Assembly (NCBI GenBank): GCA_963769585.1
Contig: CAVYMJ010000001.1
Location: forward strand, 750,178-814,177
DNA length: 64,000 bases
Origin: an uncultured Actinomycetota bacterium
GTDB taxonomy: Bacteria; Actinomycetota; Actinomycetes; Propionibacteriales; Nocardioidaceae
Reading direction: 5' to 3'
The position numbers and the translations under genes are program-made. Positions 29,505-38,294 of this stretch are shown here, piece by piece. How positions within the stretch are numbered: position 1 is the first letter of the stretch; every line of letters starts with the position of its first letter. Under the pieces are notes generated by a model that saw nothing but the letters and a program-made list of their open reading frames with translations, did not search any database and was not told the DNA's origin.

Positions 29505-30455
29505 ATGGAGCAGGAGCTGCTGCTCGCCGAGCTAGAGGCGCAGTTCGAGGCGACCATCGCCCGCAACGACCGCATCGAGCCGCGCGACTGGATGCCGGAG
29601 GGCTACCGCAAGACACTGGTGAGGCAGATCGCTCAGCACGCCCACTCCGAGATCATCGGGATGCAGCCCGAAGGGAACTGGCTGGGCCGGGCCCCGTCGC
29701 TGCGCCGCAAGGCGATCCTGCTGGCCAAGGTCCAGGACGAGGCCGGCCACGGCCTCTACCTCTACTCGGCCTGCGAGACGCTGGGGGTGTCACGTCAGGA
29801 GCTGACCCTTCGGTTGATCGAAGGGACGCAGAAGTACTCCTCGATCTTCAACTACCCAACGCTCTCGTACGCCGACGTGGGCACCATCGGCTGGCTGGTC
29901 GACGGTGCGGCCATCTGCAACCAGGTGCCACTGTGCCGTACGTCGTTCGGGCCCTACGGCCGCTCGATGATCCGGATCTGCAAAGAGGAGTCGTTCCACC
30001 AGCGTCAGGGCTTCGAGCTGCTCGCCACGATGATGCGCGGGACCGACGAGCAGCGGGCCATGGTCCAGGAGTCGGTGGACCGGTTCTGGTGGCCGGCGCT
30101 GATGATGTTCGGCCCGCCCGACGAGGCCTCCACCAACAGCGAGCAGTCGATGGCGTGGGGGATCAAGCGCAACACCAACGACGAGCTGCGTCAGCGCATG
30201 GTCGACATGACGGTTCCCCAAGCAGAGGCGCTCGGGGTGACTCTCCCCGACCCGGAGATCGCGTGGAACCAGGAACGCCAGTCCTACGACTTCGGCACTC
30301 CGGACTGGGAGGAGTTCTGGCAGGTGGTCAAGGGCAACGGGCCGTGCAGCAAGCAGCGCATCGCGCACCGGAAGCAGGCACACGACGAGGGAGCCTGGGT
30401 CCGCGAGGCTGCGCTCTCCTTCGCCGCGAGAGGAGTCGACGATGATCGAGCCTGA
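29505..30455 (+). CDS. paaA: 1,2-phenylacetyl-CoA epoxidase subunit A
   Basis: Di-iron ligand regions QHAHSEIIG and [12 protein letters not shown] 29505 follows GGAGG. The 272 upstream codons of the track ORF are antisense to paaZ. Confidence 0.9.
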   Translation: MEQELLLAELEAQFEATIARNDRIEPRDWMPEGYRKTLVRQIAQHAHSEIIGMQPEGNWLGRAPSLRRKAILLAKVQDEAGHGLYLYSACETLGVSRQELTLRLIEGTQKYSSIFNYPTLSYADVGTIGWLVDGAAICNQVPLCRTSFGPYGRSMIRICKEESFHQRQGFELLATMMRGTDEQRAMVQESVDRFWWPALMMFGPPDEASTNSEQSMAWGIKRNTNDELRQRMVDMTVPQAEALGVTLPDPEIAWNQERQSYDFGTPDWEEFWQVVKGNGPCSKQRIAHRKQAHDEGAWVREAALSFAARGVDDDRA

Positions 30456-30729
30456 GTGGCCGCTGTACGAGGTTTTCGTCCGCGGCAAGCGCGGTCTCAA
30501 CCATGTGCACGTCGGCTCGCTGCATGCGGCCGACGACGAGATGGCGCTGCTGCACGCACGTGACGTCTACACGCGCCGCAACGAGGGCGTCAGCATCTGG
30601 GTGGTGCGGTCCAGCCAGATCACCGCGTCGAGCCCGGACGAGAAGGACCCGCTGTTCGCGCCGTCGGGGGACAAGGTCTACCGGCACCCGACGTTCTACG
30701 AGATCCCCGACAACGTCCCCCACATGTGA
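30442..30729 (+). CDS. paaB: 1,2-phenylacetyl-CoA epoxidase subunit B
   Basis: 95 aa. [24 protein letters not shown] is typical of PaaB. GAGAGGAG RBS. Confidence 0.9.
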   Translation: MIEPEWPLYEVFVRGKRGLNHVHVGSLHAADDEMALLHARDVYTRRNEGVSIWVVRSSQITASSPDEKDPLFAPSGDKVYRHPTFYEIPDNVPHM

Positions 30730-31634
30730 GAGCAGTGATGACCGACCACGACTCTGTGTACGACGGCCTGCTGGTCAACGACGCCCACTGGGCGTTCGGC
30801 ACCGACTTCGAGGACCCGCTCGCCGGCGTGGACACGACGATTCCGGAGGGTGTCGACGGGCACGACCTCGCGACGTACTGCCTGATGCTCGGCGACGATG
30901 CGCTCGTGCTGTGCCAGCGACTGACCGAATGGTGCAGCCGCGCACCTGACCTGGAGGAGGACATCGCGCTCTCCAACATCGCGCTCGACCTGCTCGGCCA
31001 GGCCAGACTGTTGCTCGCACGCGCGGCGGCAGCAGACCCTTCGGTGGTCCCGATGCTGCCCGAGGGCTCGCCGGTGCCACCAGAGGACGCACTGGCCTTC
31101 TTCCGAGGAAGCCAGGAGTTTCGCAACGTGCGGCTGGTGGAGGTGCCGAACGGTGACTTCGCGGAGACCATCTGCCGGCTGCTGGTCTTCTCGACCTTCC
31201 GGCTGGCGATCTTCCAGCGGCTGGTAGCCGGGCCGGACGCCGTGCTGGCCGCGGTCGCGGCCAAGGGCGTGAAGGAGCTGACCTACCACCGCGACTTCGC
31301 CGCGCGCTGGTTCCTGACTCTGGCCCGGGGCACCGACGAGTCCCGCAGTCGGGTGCAGTACGGACTCGAGCAGGTCTGGCCGCTGAAGGCCGAGCTGTTC
31401 CAGGCCCACGCCGTCGAGGCGTCCGTGGGCGTTGACCCGGCCACGGTGGCTGCCGAGGTCGACGTCGTCCTCGAACAGGTCTTCGCGATGAGCGACGTCG
31501 AACGACCCGACGTCCTCCCGCTGGCCGGCGTACGGCATCGCAAGGGACGCGACGGGATGCACACCGAAGCGCTCAGCCTGCTGCTCGCCGAGATGCAGGT
31601 TGTAGCCCGCGAACATCCGATGGGGGTGTGGTGA
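30726..31634 (+). CDS. paaC: 1,2-phenylacetyl-CoA epoxidase subunit C
   Basis: Position and size fit PaaC, and it looks like a ferritin-like helical protein. The start is ambiguous (GTG 30726, GTG 30735 or ATG 30738). Confidence 0.8.
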   Translation: MRAVMTDHDSVYDGLLVNDAHWAFGTDFEDPLAGVDTTIPEGVDGHDLATYCLMLGDDALVLCQRLTEWCSRAPDLEEDIALSNIALDLLGQARLLLARAAAADPSVVPMLPEGSPVPPEDALAFFRGSQEFRNVRLVEVPNGDFAETICRLLVFSTFRLAIFQRLVAGPDAVLAAVAAKGVKELTYHRDFAARWFLTLARGTDESRSRVQYGLEQVWPLKAELFQAHAVEASVGVDPATVAAEVDVVLEQVFAMSDVERPDVLPLAGVRHRKGRDGMHTEALSLLLAEMQVVAREHPMGVW

Positions 31635-32137
31635 TGGCGCTGGAGACTTCGCTGGACCAGGCCCGCGCAGTGGCGGCCTCGGTCACCGACCCGGAGCTGC
31701 CGATGCTGACCCTGGAGGATCTGGGCGTCCTCCGCGACGTGTCCTACGACGAGAACGGCTGCCTGGTCGTCGCACTGGCCCCGACCTACTCAGGCTGCCC
31801 GGCGATGGCCACGATGCGTGACGACGTGGTGCGGTCGCTGAACCTCGAGGGCTTCCAGGACGTGGCCGTGCGGGTCAGTCTCAGCCCGCCGTGGACCAGC
31901 GACTGGATCACCGACCGCGGCCGCAAGCTACTGGCCAGCCACGGCATCTCCCCGCCGGGCCCGGCCTCGAGCAAGACGACCATGCTCTCGCTGGCACCGA
32001 CCCGACGATCCCTCACCTGTCCACGCTGCTGCTCCCACGAAGTCCGGCTGACCAGCGAGTTCGGCAGTACGGCGTGCAAGGCGATGTACCGCTGCGCGTC
32101 CTGCCTCGAGCCCTTCGACCACATCAAGGAGATCTAG
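31628..32137 (+). CDS. paaD: phenylacetate-CoA oxygenase subunit PaaD (PaaJ in some nomenclatures)
   Basis: DPELPMLTLEDLGVLRDV plus a C-terminal Cys cluster CPRC...CASC. Start is GTG 31628 or ATG 31634. Confidence 0.85.
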   Translation: MVMALETSLDQARAVAASVTDPELPMLTLEDLGVLRDVSYDENGCLVVALAPTYSGCPAMATMRDDVVRSLNLEGFQDVAVRVSLSPPWTSDWITDRGRKLLASHGISPPGPASSKTTMLSLAPTRRSLTCPRCCSHEVRLTSEFGSTACKAMYRCASCLEPFDHIKEI

Positions 32138-32139
32138 GC

Positions 32140-33189
32140 GTGCGGTTCCACAGCCTCACCGTCGCTGATGTCGAGTCGCTCACCGAGGACTCCGCAGCCG
32201 TCACCTTCGATGTCCCCGACGATCTCCGGGACGAGTTCGCCTTCGAGGCGGGACAGTCGCTGACCCTGCGGCGGTTCGTCGACGGGGTCGAGCACCGTCG
32301 GAGCTACTCCATCTGCGCGCCCGCTGGCGAGCGGCCGCGCATCGGCGTACGTGAGATCCCCGACGGTCTCTTCTCGCGGTGGCTGGTGCACGAGGTGCAA
32401 CCTGGCGCGGTCATCGACGTACAGACGCCGAGCGGGAGCTTCCGGGCCGACCCCGCTGCTGGAGGCCGGCACCTGTGCATCGCAGCCGGCTCGGGGATCA
32501 CCCCGATGCTCTCCGTCGCCTCCTCCGTGCTGCGCAACCCAGCGGTCGAGGTCACCCTGCTCTACGGCAACCGGACGACCAGCACGGTGATGTTCGCCGA
32601 GGAGCTGGCCGACCTGAAGAACCGCTACGGTGCCCGGTTCGACCTGATGCACGTTCTCTCGAGGGAGCCGCGCGACGTCGAGCTCTTCTCCGGCCGGCTA
32701 GAGGGCGAGAAGCTTCGGACCATCCTCACCACGCTGGTGCCCTTGGCGGCGGTCGACCACGTGTGGCTTTGCGGGCCTTTCGCGATGATCGCCGACGCCC
32801 GGGAGGTTCTGGCCGAGCTCGGGGTTCCAGCGACCAAGGTGCACTTCGAGCTCTTCTACGTCGACGAGCCACCCCCGCAGCTGCGACATGCCGAGAGGGT
32901 GGTCGAAGGAGTGACCAGCGAGGTGACGGTCATCCTGGACGGGCGCAGCACCACGACGCCCATGCCGCGCGGACAGACGATTCTCGACTCGGCGCAGCAG
33001 ACCCGCACCGACGTGCCCTTTGCCTGCAAGGGCGGGGTCTGCGGGACCTGCCGCGCAAAGCTGTGCGAGGGCGAGGTCGACATGGTGCGCAACTACGCCC
33101 TCGAGGACGACGAGCTGACGCGTGGCTTCGTGCTGACCTGCCAGTCGTACCCGGTCAGCGAGGCCGTCACGGTGGACTTCGACGCATGA
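32140..33189 (+). CDS. paaE: phenylacetate-CoA oxygenase reductase subunit (FNR-like + plant-type 2Fe-2S)
   Basis: RSYS flavin motif, AAGSGITP NAD(P) motif, and the C-terminal CKGGVCGTCRAKL...C ferredoxin motif. GTG 32140. Confidence 0.9.
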   Translation: MRFHSLTVADVESLTEDSAAVTFDVPDDLRDEFAFEAGQSLTLRRFVDGVEHRRSYSICAPAGERPRIGVREIPDGLFSRWLVHEVQPGAVIDVQTPSGSFRADPAAGGRHLCIAAGSGITPMLSVASSVLRNPAVEVTLLYGNRTTSTVMFAEELADLKNRYGARFDLMHVLSREPRDVELFSGRLEGEKLRTILTTLVPLAAVDHVWLCGPFAMIADAREVLAELGVPATKVHFELFYVDEPPPQLRHAERVVEGVTSEVTVILDGRSTTTPMPRGQTILDSAQQTRTDVPFACKGGVCGTCRAKLCEGEVDMVRNYALEDDELTRGFVLTCQSYPVSEAVTVDFDA

Positions 33190-33566
33190 GCGCCGTCGAG
33201 CAGATGTGGTCGACCGACCGGGCCAGCAAGGCGCTCGGCATGACCCTCGAGTACGTCGCGGAGGGAGAGGCGAGGGTGTCGATGCTGGTCCGCGACGACA
33301 TGGTCAACGGGCACGACCTCTGCCATGGCGGCCTGATCGCCTCGCTGGCCGACAGCACCTTCGCGGTGGCGTGCAACTCGCGTGGCGTGAAAACGGTGGC
33401 AGCGGGCTTCGAGATCACCCTGGTCCGGCCCGCCCGGGCCGGTGACCGCCTTGTCGCGACGGGAACCGAGCGCAGCCTGACCGGCCGCTCCGGGATCTAC
33501 GACGTGACGGTGCGCCGCGGGGACGAGGTGGTCGCGGAGTTCCGCGGCCGGAGCCGAGCCGTCTAG
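33186..33566 (+). CDS. paaI: hydroxyphenylacetyl-CoA thioesterase PaaI (hot-dog fold)
   Basis: ATGA overlap with paaE. 126 aa. NGHDLCHGGLIASLADSTFAVA is typical of the PaaI/4HBT family. Confidence 0.8.
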   Translation: MSAVEQMWSTDRASKALGMTLEYVAEGEARVSMLVRDDMVNGHDLCHGGLIASLADSTFAVACNSRGVKTVAAGFEITLVRPARAGDRLVATGTERSLTGRSGIYDVTVRRGDEVVAEFRGRSRAV

Positions 33567-34150
33567 CGTCGGAGACCGTCGAGCGCGAGCGTGGTGATCG
33601 CGTCGGCGAGCGTCTCCGCGTCGTACCGACCCTCGGGGCGCACCCACTCGATCAACGAGTTCACCATCCCGAAGAGCAGCTTGCTGATCAGGTCGGCCGG
33701 CACGTCGTCGCGCAGGGCCCCCTCGGTCACGGCGGCCGTCACCAACGTGGCCAGCTTGTCGTCGATCTCCCTGCGGCGCCGCAGCGCGTCGAGCTCGACC
33801 TCGCTGTTGCCGTGCACCCGCAGGAGCAGGGTCACCGCCGGCAGGTGGTCGACCAGCACCTGGACGCTCGCCCGCACGGCGGCCCGCAGCCGGTCGTAGG
33901 CAGACTCGCCGTGTGCCTCGTCGAGCCCCTGGCTCAGACCGTCCAGCGCTTCGTCCAGCGCCTGCTTGAGCAGGTGCTCCTTGCTGGGGACGTGGTGGTA
34001 GATCGCGGACTTGGAGAACCCGAGCTCGCGGGCGAGGTCGCCCATGCTGGTGCCGTCGTACCCCTGTCTGTTGAAGAGGTCGACCGCGCGCCGCAGCACC
34101 GTCTCCTGGTCGTAGCCGGGTCGACCACGCCGGGCGGGCGTCTGGCTCAT
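33563..34150 (-). CDS. TetR family transcriptional regulator (probable PaaR)
   Basis: N-terminal HTH GTSMGDLARELGFSKSAIYHHVPSKEHLL. It is convergent with paaI, overlapping by 4 bp. Confidence 0.8.
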   Translation of the reverse strand: MSQTPARRGRPGYDQETVLRRAVDLFNRQGYDGTSMGDLARELGFSKSAIYHHVPSKEHLLKQALDEALDGLSQGLDEAHGESAYDRLRAAVRASVQVLVDHLPAVTLLLRVHGNSEVELDALRRRREIDDKLATLVTAAVTEGALRDDVPADLISKLLFGMVNSLIEWVRPEGRYDAETLADAITTLALDGLRR

Positions 34151-34200
34151 GAGCCGTACTCTCGCACAGGACGCTGGGGTGTGCGTGATGCAATGGGGGC

Positions 34201-35355
34201 ATGAGTCAGCAGGGTTTGTCCCGTCCGAGCCAGGTCACCGTCGCCGGTGGACTGGGGGTTGCGGGCGCCCTGATCTTCGTCCTCGCGCTCTTCGACGCGA
34301 TGTCCGCCACGCGCACCGTCGGCGCGCAGAACGCGGTTGCAGAGATGCTCGCCTCGCCGCCGTACGACGGCCTGGGGGTGACCGTCGACGAGATGCTCGG
34401 CTTCATCCGCGTCGCCCTGATGGTGATGGGCGCGGTAGCCGCAGTGGCGTTCGTCTTCGCCTTCTACCTCTTCCGGCGGCACAACGGCGCCCGGATCGGC
34501 TTCACGGTCTCCGCAGTCGTCCTCTTCCCCGGCCTGCTCGGCACGATGGGTCTCGGCTTCGCAACGATCATGATCTCGATCGCCGCCATCGGGCTGTGGT
34601 CGGAGCCGGCCCGGGACTGGTTCGCCGGCCGGCCCCCTCGCTCCAAGCCGGCGCATCGCGAGCCGCGTCACCAGGCTCGAGCAAGCGTCCCGGTCTCTTC
34701 TCAGGATCAGCCGCCACCATCGCCCTACCCGTTCGGGGCACCGATGCCTCCCGGTGCACCGCAGGGACCGGCGGCAGGCCCGGCGGCCCCGCCGTACGCA
34801 CCTGTGCCGAGCGACTGGCCGGCTCACCAGGGGGCATACCCCCCGCCGGGAGTGCCCGACGCGGACAAGCGCCCCGGATCGGTGGTCTGGGCGGTGGTGC
34901 TGACCTGGGTCTTCGCCTCGCTGACGACGGGCTTGATGGCAGTGGTCCTGGTGCTGCTGGCTGGTTCCCAGGCGAAGTTCGAAGAGCGGGTCCAGCGCGA
35001 GATCGACGGCGACGCGACCCTACGCGACCTCGGAGTGACCGCCGACCAGCTGATGACCTACGTGTGGGCGACCTGCATCGTGCTCCTGCTCTGGTCGGTC
35101 GCTGCGGTGGTGATCGCCGTCTTCGCCTACCGCCGCGCAAACTGGGCACGCATTCTGCTGGCCGTGTCGGCTCTGGGGGCAGCGGTGGTCAGCCTGCTGG
35201 GGATCCTGACCGTGGTCGCGATCGGCACGCTCATCCCCGCCGTCGTGGTGGTGTTCCTGCTGTTCGGCCGCAGTGCCAGCGCGTGGTACGGGCGAAGGCC
35301 CCAGCACCCCACAGCCCCGTACTCGCCCCCACCCGGCCGTAACCAGCCCTGGTAG
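34201..35355 (+). CDS. integral membrane protein made of two homologous halves joined by a Pro-rich linker
   Basis: 384 aa. The halves align by eye (GVTVDEMLGFIRVALMVMGAVAAVAFVFAFYLFRRHNGARI vs GVTADQLMTYVWATCIVLLLWSVAAVVIAVFAYRRANWARI). The linker is PPPSPYPFGAPMPPGAPQGPAAGPAAPPYAP. Confidence 0.6.
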   Translation: MSQQGLSRPSQVTVAGGLGVAGALIFVLALFDAMSATRTVGAQNAVAEMLASPPYDGLGVTVDEMLGFIRVALMVMGAVAAVAFVFAFYLFRRHNGARIGFTVSAVVLFPGLLGTMGLGFATIMISIAAIGLWSEPARDWFAGRPPRSKPAHREPRHQARASVPVSSQDQPPPSPYPFGAPMPPGAPQGPAAGPAAPPYAPVPSDWPAHQGAYPPPGVPDADKRPGSVVWAVVLTWVFASLTTGLMAVVLVLLAGSQAKFEERVQREIDGDATLRDLGVTADQLMTYVWATCIVLLLWSVAAVVIAVFAYRRANWARILLAVSALGAAVVSLLGILTVVAIGTLIPAVVVVFLLFGRSASAWYGRRPQHPTAPYSPPPGRNQPW

Positions 35356-35485
35356 GCACGCGGCGGGACGACGTAGAGGCCGAGCCCTCGGGCCGCAGGA
35401 CCGCCGTCGTGGGCGACCCCGTGGACCAAGCGCGTCCGGAACGCTGCTGGGACTCCCGACCGTGGTCGCAGACCTCGAGCAGGAT

Positions 35486-35869
35486 CTATCGGCCCGTGCG
35501 TTCCAGCAGGGCAGCCACCCGCTCGCGCAGCTCTGTCGGCCCGAACGGCTTGGTCAGGTAGCCGTCGGCACCCGCCTCCAGGGCGGCGTCCATCACAGCC
35601 CCGCTGCCGAGCCCGCTGACCAGGAGGATCGGGACGTCGGCGAGGGTCGGGTCCGCGCGCAGCGCCCGGGTCACCCCGACCCCATCCAGTCCCGGAAGCC
35701 GAAGATCGAGGAGGATGACGTCGGGGCGCTGGGAAGCAGCGGTGGGCAGCACCTCGTTGCCGTTGCTGACGGAGACGACCCGTACGCCGTTCTGCTCCAG
35801 CATGATCGCGACCAGGTGCCGCAGGTCGGCGTCGTCCTCGGCCAGGAGCACCAGCGACTGTGCCCTCAA
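35486..35869 (-). CDS. stand-alone response-regulator receiver (CheY-like)
   Basis: 127 aa with EDD, phospho-acceptor D in VILLDLRLPGLDG, LLVSG and YLTKPF. The TTG start overlaps the upstream stop (TTGA). Confidence 0.8.
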   Translation of the reverse strand: MRAQSLVLLAEDDADLRHLVAIMLEQNGVRVVSVSNGNEVLPTAASQRPDVILLDLRLPGLDGVGVTRALRADPTLADVPILLVSGLGSGAVMDAALEAGADGYLTKPFGPTELRERVAALLERTGR

Positions 35870-36780
35870 CGCTCGAGCACCGGCTTGGTCAGGGAGAGAG
35901 CCAACTCCTGGGCCCGCTGGGCTGCGGCTGCTCCCCGACGTAGCTGATCGAGGAGTTCGGTGGAGTCGGTGAGCTTGTCAGCCGTCGCGATCGCGCCGTC
36001 GAGCGAGAAGATCAGCACAGTCAACGCGTTGTTCAGGTCATGCAGGGTGGACAGGCCGTCCGGGCTCCGCTCGGCCGCAGGCACGGAGTCGACGACATCC
36101 GTCAGCTCTGCAATCCAGCGGTAGCCTGCTCCACTCTCAGTCCTCAGGTACGCCGGTTCGGTCGCGTCGTCGCCCAGCTTGGCCCGCAGCGCCCTGACGT
36201 GCCCGCGTAGCGTCTGGCGCATCTCGTCGCCGTAGCCGTCGCCCCAGACCTGAGAGGCTACTCGGCGGTGCGTGAGCAGCTTGCCGGGCTGGGTGACCAA
36301 TGCCTCGAGGAGCAGCCACTCGGTAGGAGTGAGCCGCACCTCCGTGCCGCCGACCTGGACCGCGCCGGCGGACAGGTCGATGGAGACCTCGCCGAATGTC
36401 ACGACCGGTGCCGAGGGCTCGGCTGAACGCCGCTGCAGGGCGCGCACCCGAGCCCGAAGCTCACCCAGGCCGAAGGGCTTCTGCAGGTAGTCGTCGGCGC
36501 CGCTGTCCAGGGCCGCCACCTTGCGGGCCTCGTCGTCGAACCCGGACAGGATGAGGATCGGAACCTGGAGCCAGCGACGCATGATGCGAGTCAGCTCGAT
36601 ACCGTCGATGTCGGGGAGCCGAAGGTCCAGGATGACCAGGTCGGGGGAGGCCGTGGCGGCGAGGTCTACCGCCTTGGCGCCCGTCTCGGCACTCAGCACG
36701 GTGTGCCCGTCTGACTCCAGCACGCGCTGCAGGACAGTCAGGATGGCGGGCTCGTCATCGACGATCAGGACCTTGCTCAC
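35866..36780 (-). CDS. response regulator: receiver + OmpR/KdpE-type winged helix + C-terminal DHp/HisKA-like (H-box) extension without an ATPase domain
   Basis: GTG 36780. Receiver residues VDDE, D52 in LVILDLRLPDIDG, ILILSG, YLQKPF. The wHTH ends at GYRWIA (about aa 224). The tail LSTLHDLNNALTVL ... AAAAQRAQELALSL matches the two DHp helices of NtrB/hybrid-type kinases; the His247 codon is at 36040-36042. Confidence 0.75.
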   Translation of the reverse strand: MSKVLIVDDEPAILTVLQRVLESDGHTVLSAETGAKAVDLAATASPDLVILDLRLPDIDGIELTRIMRRWLQVPILILSGFDDEARKVAALDSGADDYLQKPFGLGELRARVRALQRRSAEPSAPVVTFGEVSIDLSAGAVQVGGTEVRLTPTEWLLLEALVTQPGKLLTHRRVASQVWGDGYGDEMRQTLRGHVRALRAKLGDDATEPAYLRTESGAGYRWIAELTDVVDSVPAAERSPDGLSTLHDLNNALTVLIFSLDGAIATADKLTDSTELLDQLRRGAAAAQRAQELALSLTKPVLER

Positions 36781-37004
36781 AACTCATGTTAGGTCGGGGC
36801 AAGGCATCACCAACGAAGGATCAGGAATGGGGGTTACGGGAACTCACAGTTTCCTCACACGGGAAGCGCTGGGGCTCACGCCTCCGTCACCATGTCTGTT
36901 GCATGCTCTTTGTACCAGTTCAGATCGGTGTGGGGCCGATCGGGGGGGACGGGTAGAAGTTGACGGGTCGACCTCCCACGACCTCGACAGCACTCGGGAC
37001 CTAA

Positions 37005-37041
37005 GGCCCGCGGGACTCACTCGCAGAGAGTCCCGCGGGCC
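37005..37041 (-). terminator. perfect 14-bp stem hairpin (GGCCCGCGGGACTC / GAGTCCCGCGGGCC, 9-nt loop) 10 nt downstream of the aminotransferase stop
   Basis: Read directly. Only a short U stretch (UUAGG) follows on the minus strand, so it is an I-shaped (U-tract-poor) terminator type. Confidence 0.6.
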
Positions 37042-37051
37042 AGATCCATTC

Positions 37052-38224
37052 TCAGCGTGACAGGTCTGCGGCTCCCAGGCGCCTGATTGCCTCCTCCAGC
37101 ACGGAGCTCTCCTTGCAGAACGCCCAGCGGACCAGATGCCGGCCCGCCTCCTGGTCGTCATAGAAGACCTGGGCGGGAATCGCGACCACGCCCGCTCGGC
37201 CAGGCAGAGCGAGGCAGAACGCCAGCCCGTCCTCGAACCCGAAGCTGCGTACGTCGCTGAGCGCGAAGTAGGTCCCCTCGGGGACGTAGACATCCAGGCC
37301 GAGCCCGAGCAGACCCTCGCAGAGCAGGTCGCGCTTGGCTTCCAGCGCCTTGGACAGGTCATGGAAGAAGCTCTCCTCGTTCCGCAGAGCGTGCGCTACA
37401 GCCGGCTGCAGCGGGGCGGCGTTGGTGAAGGTGAGCCACTGCTTCGCGGCCAGCACGGTGGCCACCAGATCGGCCGAGCCGGTCACCCAGCCGACCTTCC
37501 AGCCGGTGAACGAGAAGGTCTTGCCCTGGCTGGAGATCGTCACGGTCCTCTCGCTCATGCCGGGATAGGTCGCCAGCGGCACGTGCGCACGCCCGTCGAA
37601 CAGCAGGTGTTCGTAGACCTCGTCGGTGATCACGACCAGGTCGTGAGCGACCGCCAGCTCTGCGATCACGCTGAGCTCGTCAGGCGTGAGTACTGCCCCG
37701 GTCGGGTTGTGCGGCGTGTTGACCAGCATGGCTACGGTGCGCTCCGTCACCGCCCCGCGCAGCTCGTCGACGTCGAGCCGGAAGCCCGGCGCGTGCAGCG
37801 TTACCGGTCTTCGGACGCCGCCGGCCATCTCGATCGTGGCGACGTAGGAGTCGTAGAACGGCTCCAGCACGACCACCTCGTCACCGGGGTTGACCAGAGC
37901 GAGGATCGCGGCTGCGATCGCCTCGGTCGCTCCCGCGGTCACGATCACCTGAGTCGCCGGGTCCAGGACGATCCCGTAGTGCCGCTCCTGATGCTCCGCG
38001 ATCGCCTCGCGAAGCTCGGGGATGCCCGGTCCCGGCGGGTACTGGTTACGGCCCCCGTGGAGGGCTCGGCTCGCCACCTCCAGCACCGCCGCCGGGCCTT
38101 CTTGGTCGGGGAAGCCCTGGCCCAGGTTGATGGCGCCGGTGCTCGTCGCCAGGGCGGACATGGTGGTGAAGATCGTCGGCGGGACGTTGCGGAGCCGGTG
38201 TGCGAGGCGCGGCAGTTCGGCCAT
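37052..38224 (-). CDS. pyridoxal-phosphate-dependent aminotransferase (class I/II)
   Basis: INLGQGFPD near the N-terminus and PLP-lysine context SSQGKTFSFTGWKVGW. ATG 38224 (MAELPRLA) is preferred over the 440-aa extension. Confidence 0.85.
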   Translation of the reverse strand: MAELPRLAHRLRNVPPTIFTTMSALATSTGAINLGQGFPDQEGPAAVLEVASRALHGGRNQYPPGPGIPELREAIAEHQERHYGIVLDPATQVIVTAGATEAIAAAILALVNPGDEVVVLEPFYDSYVATIEMAGGVRRPVTLHAPGFRLDVDELRGAVTERTVAMLVNTPHNPTGAVLTPDELSVIAELAVAHDLVVITDEVYEHLLFDGRAHVPLATYPGMSERTVTISSQGKTFSFTGWKVGWVTGSADLVATVLAAKQWLTFTNAAPLQPAVAHALRNEESFFHDLSKALEAKRDLLCEGLLGLGLDVYVPEGTYFALSDVRSFGFEDGLAFCLALPGRAGVVAIPAQVFYDDQEAGRHLVRWAFCKESSVLEEAIRRLGAADLSR

Positions 38225-38294
38225 GGTCGTCAACCTAGACCACAACCCGGTACGGCCCTGCGAGCGCAGACGCACAGGAAAGTACTCTCGGGGG

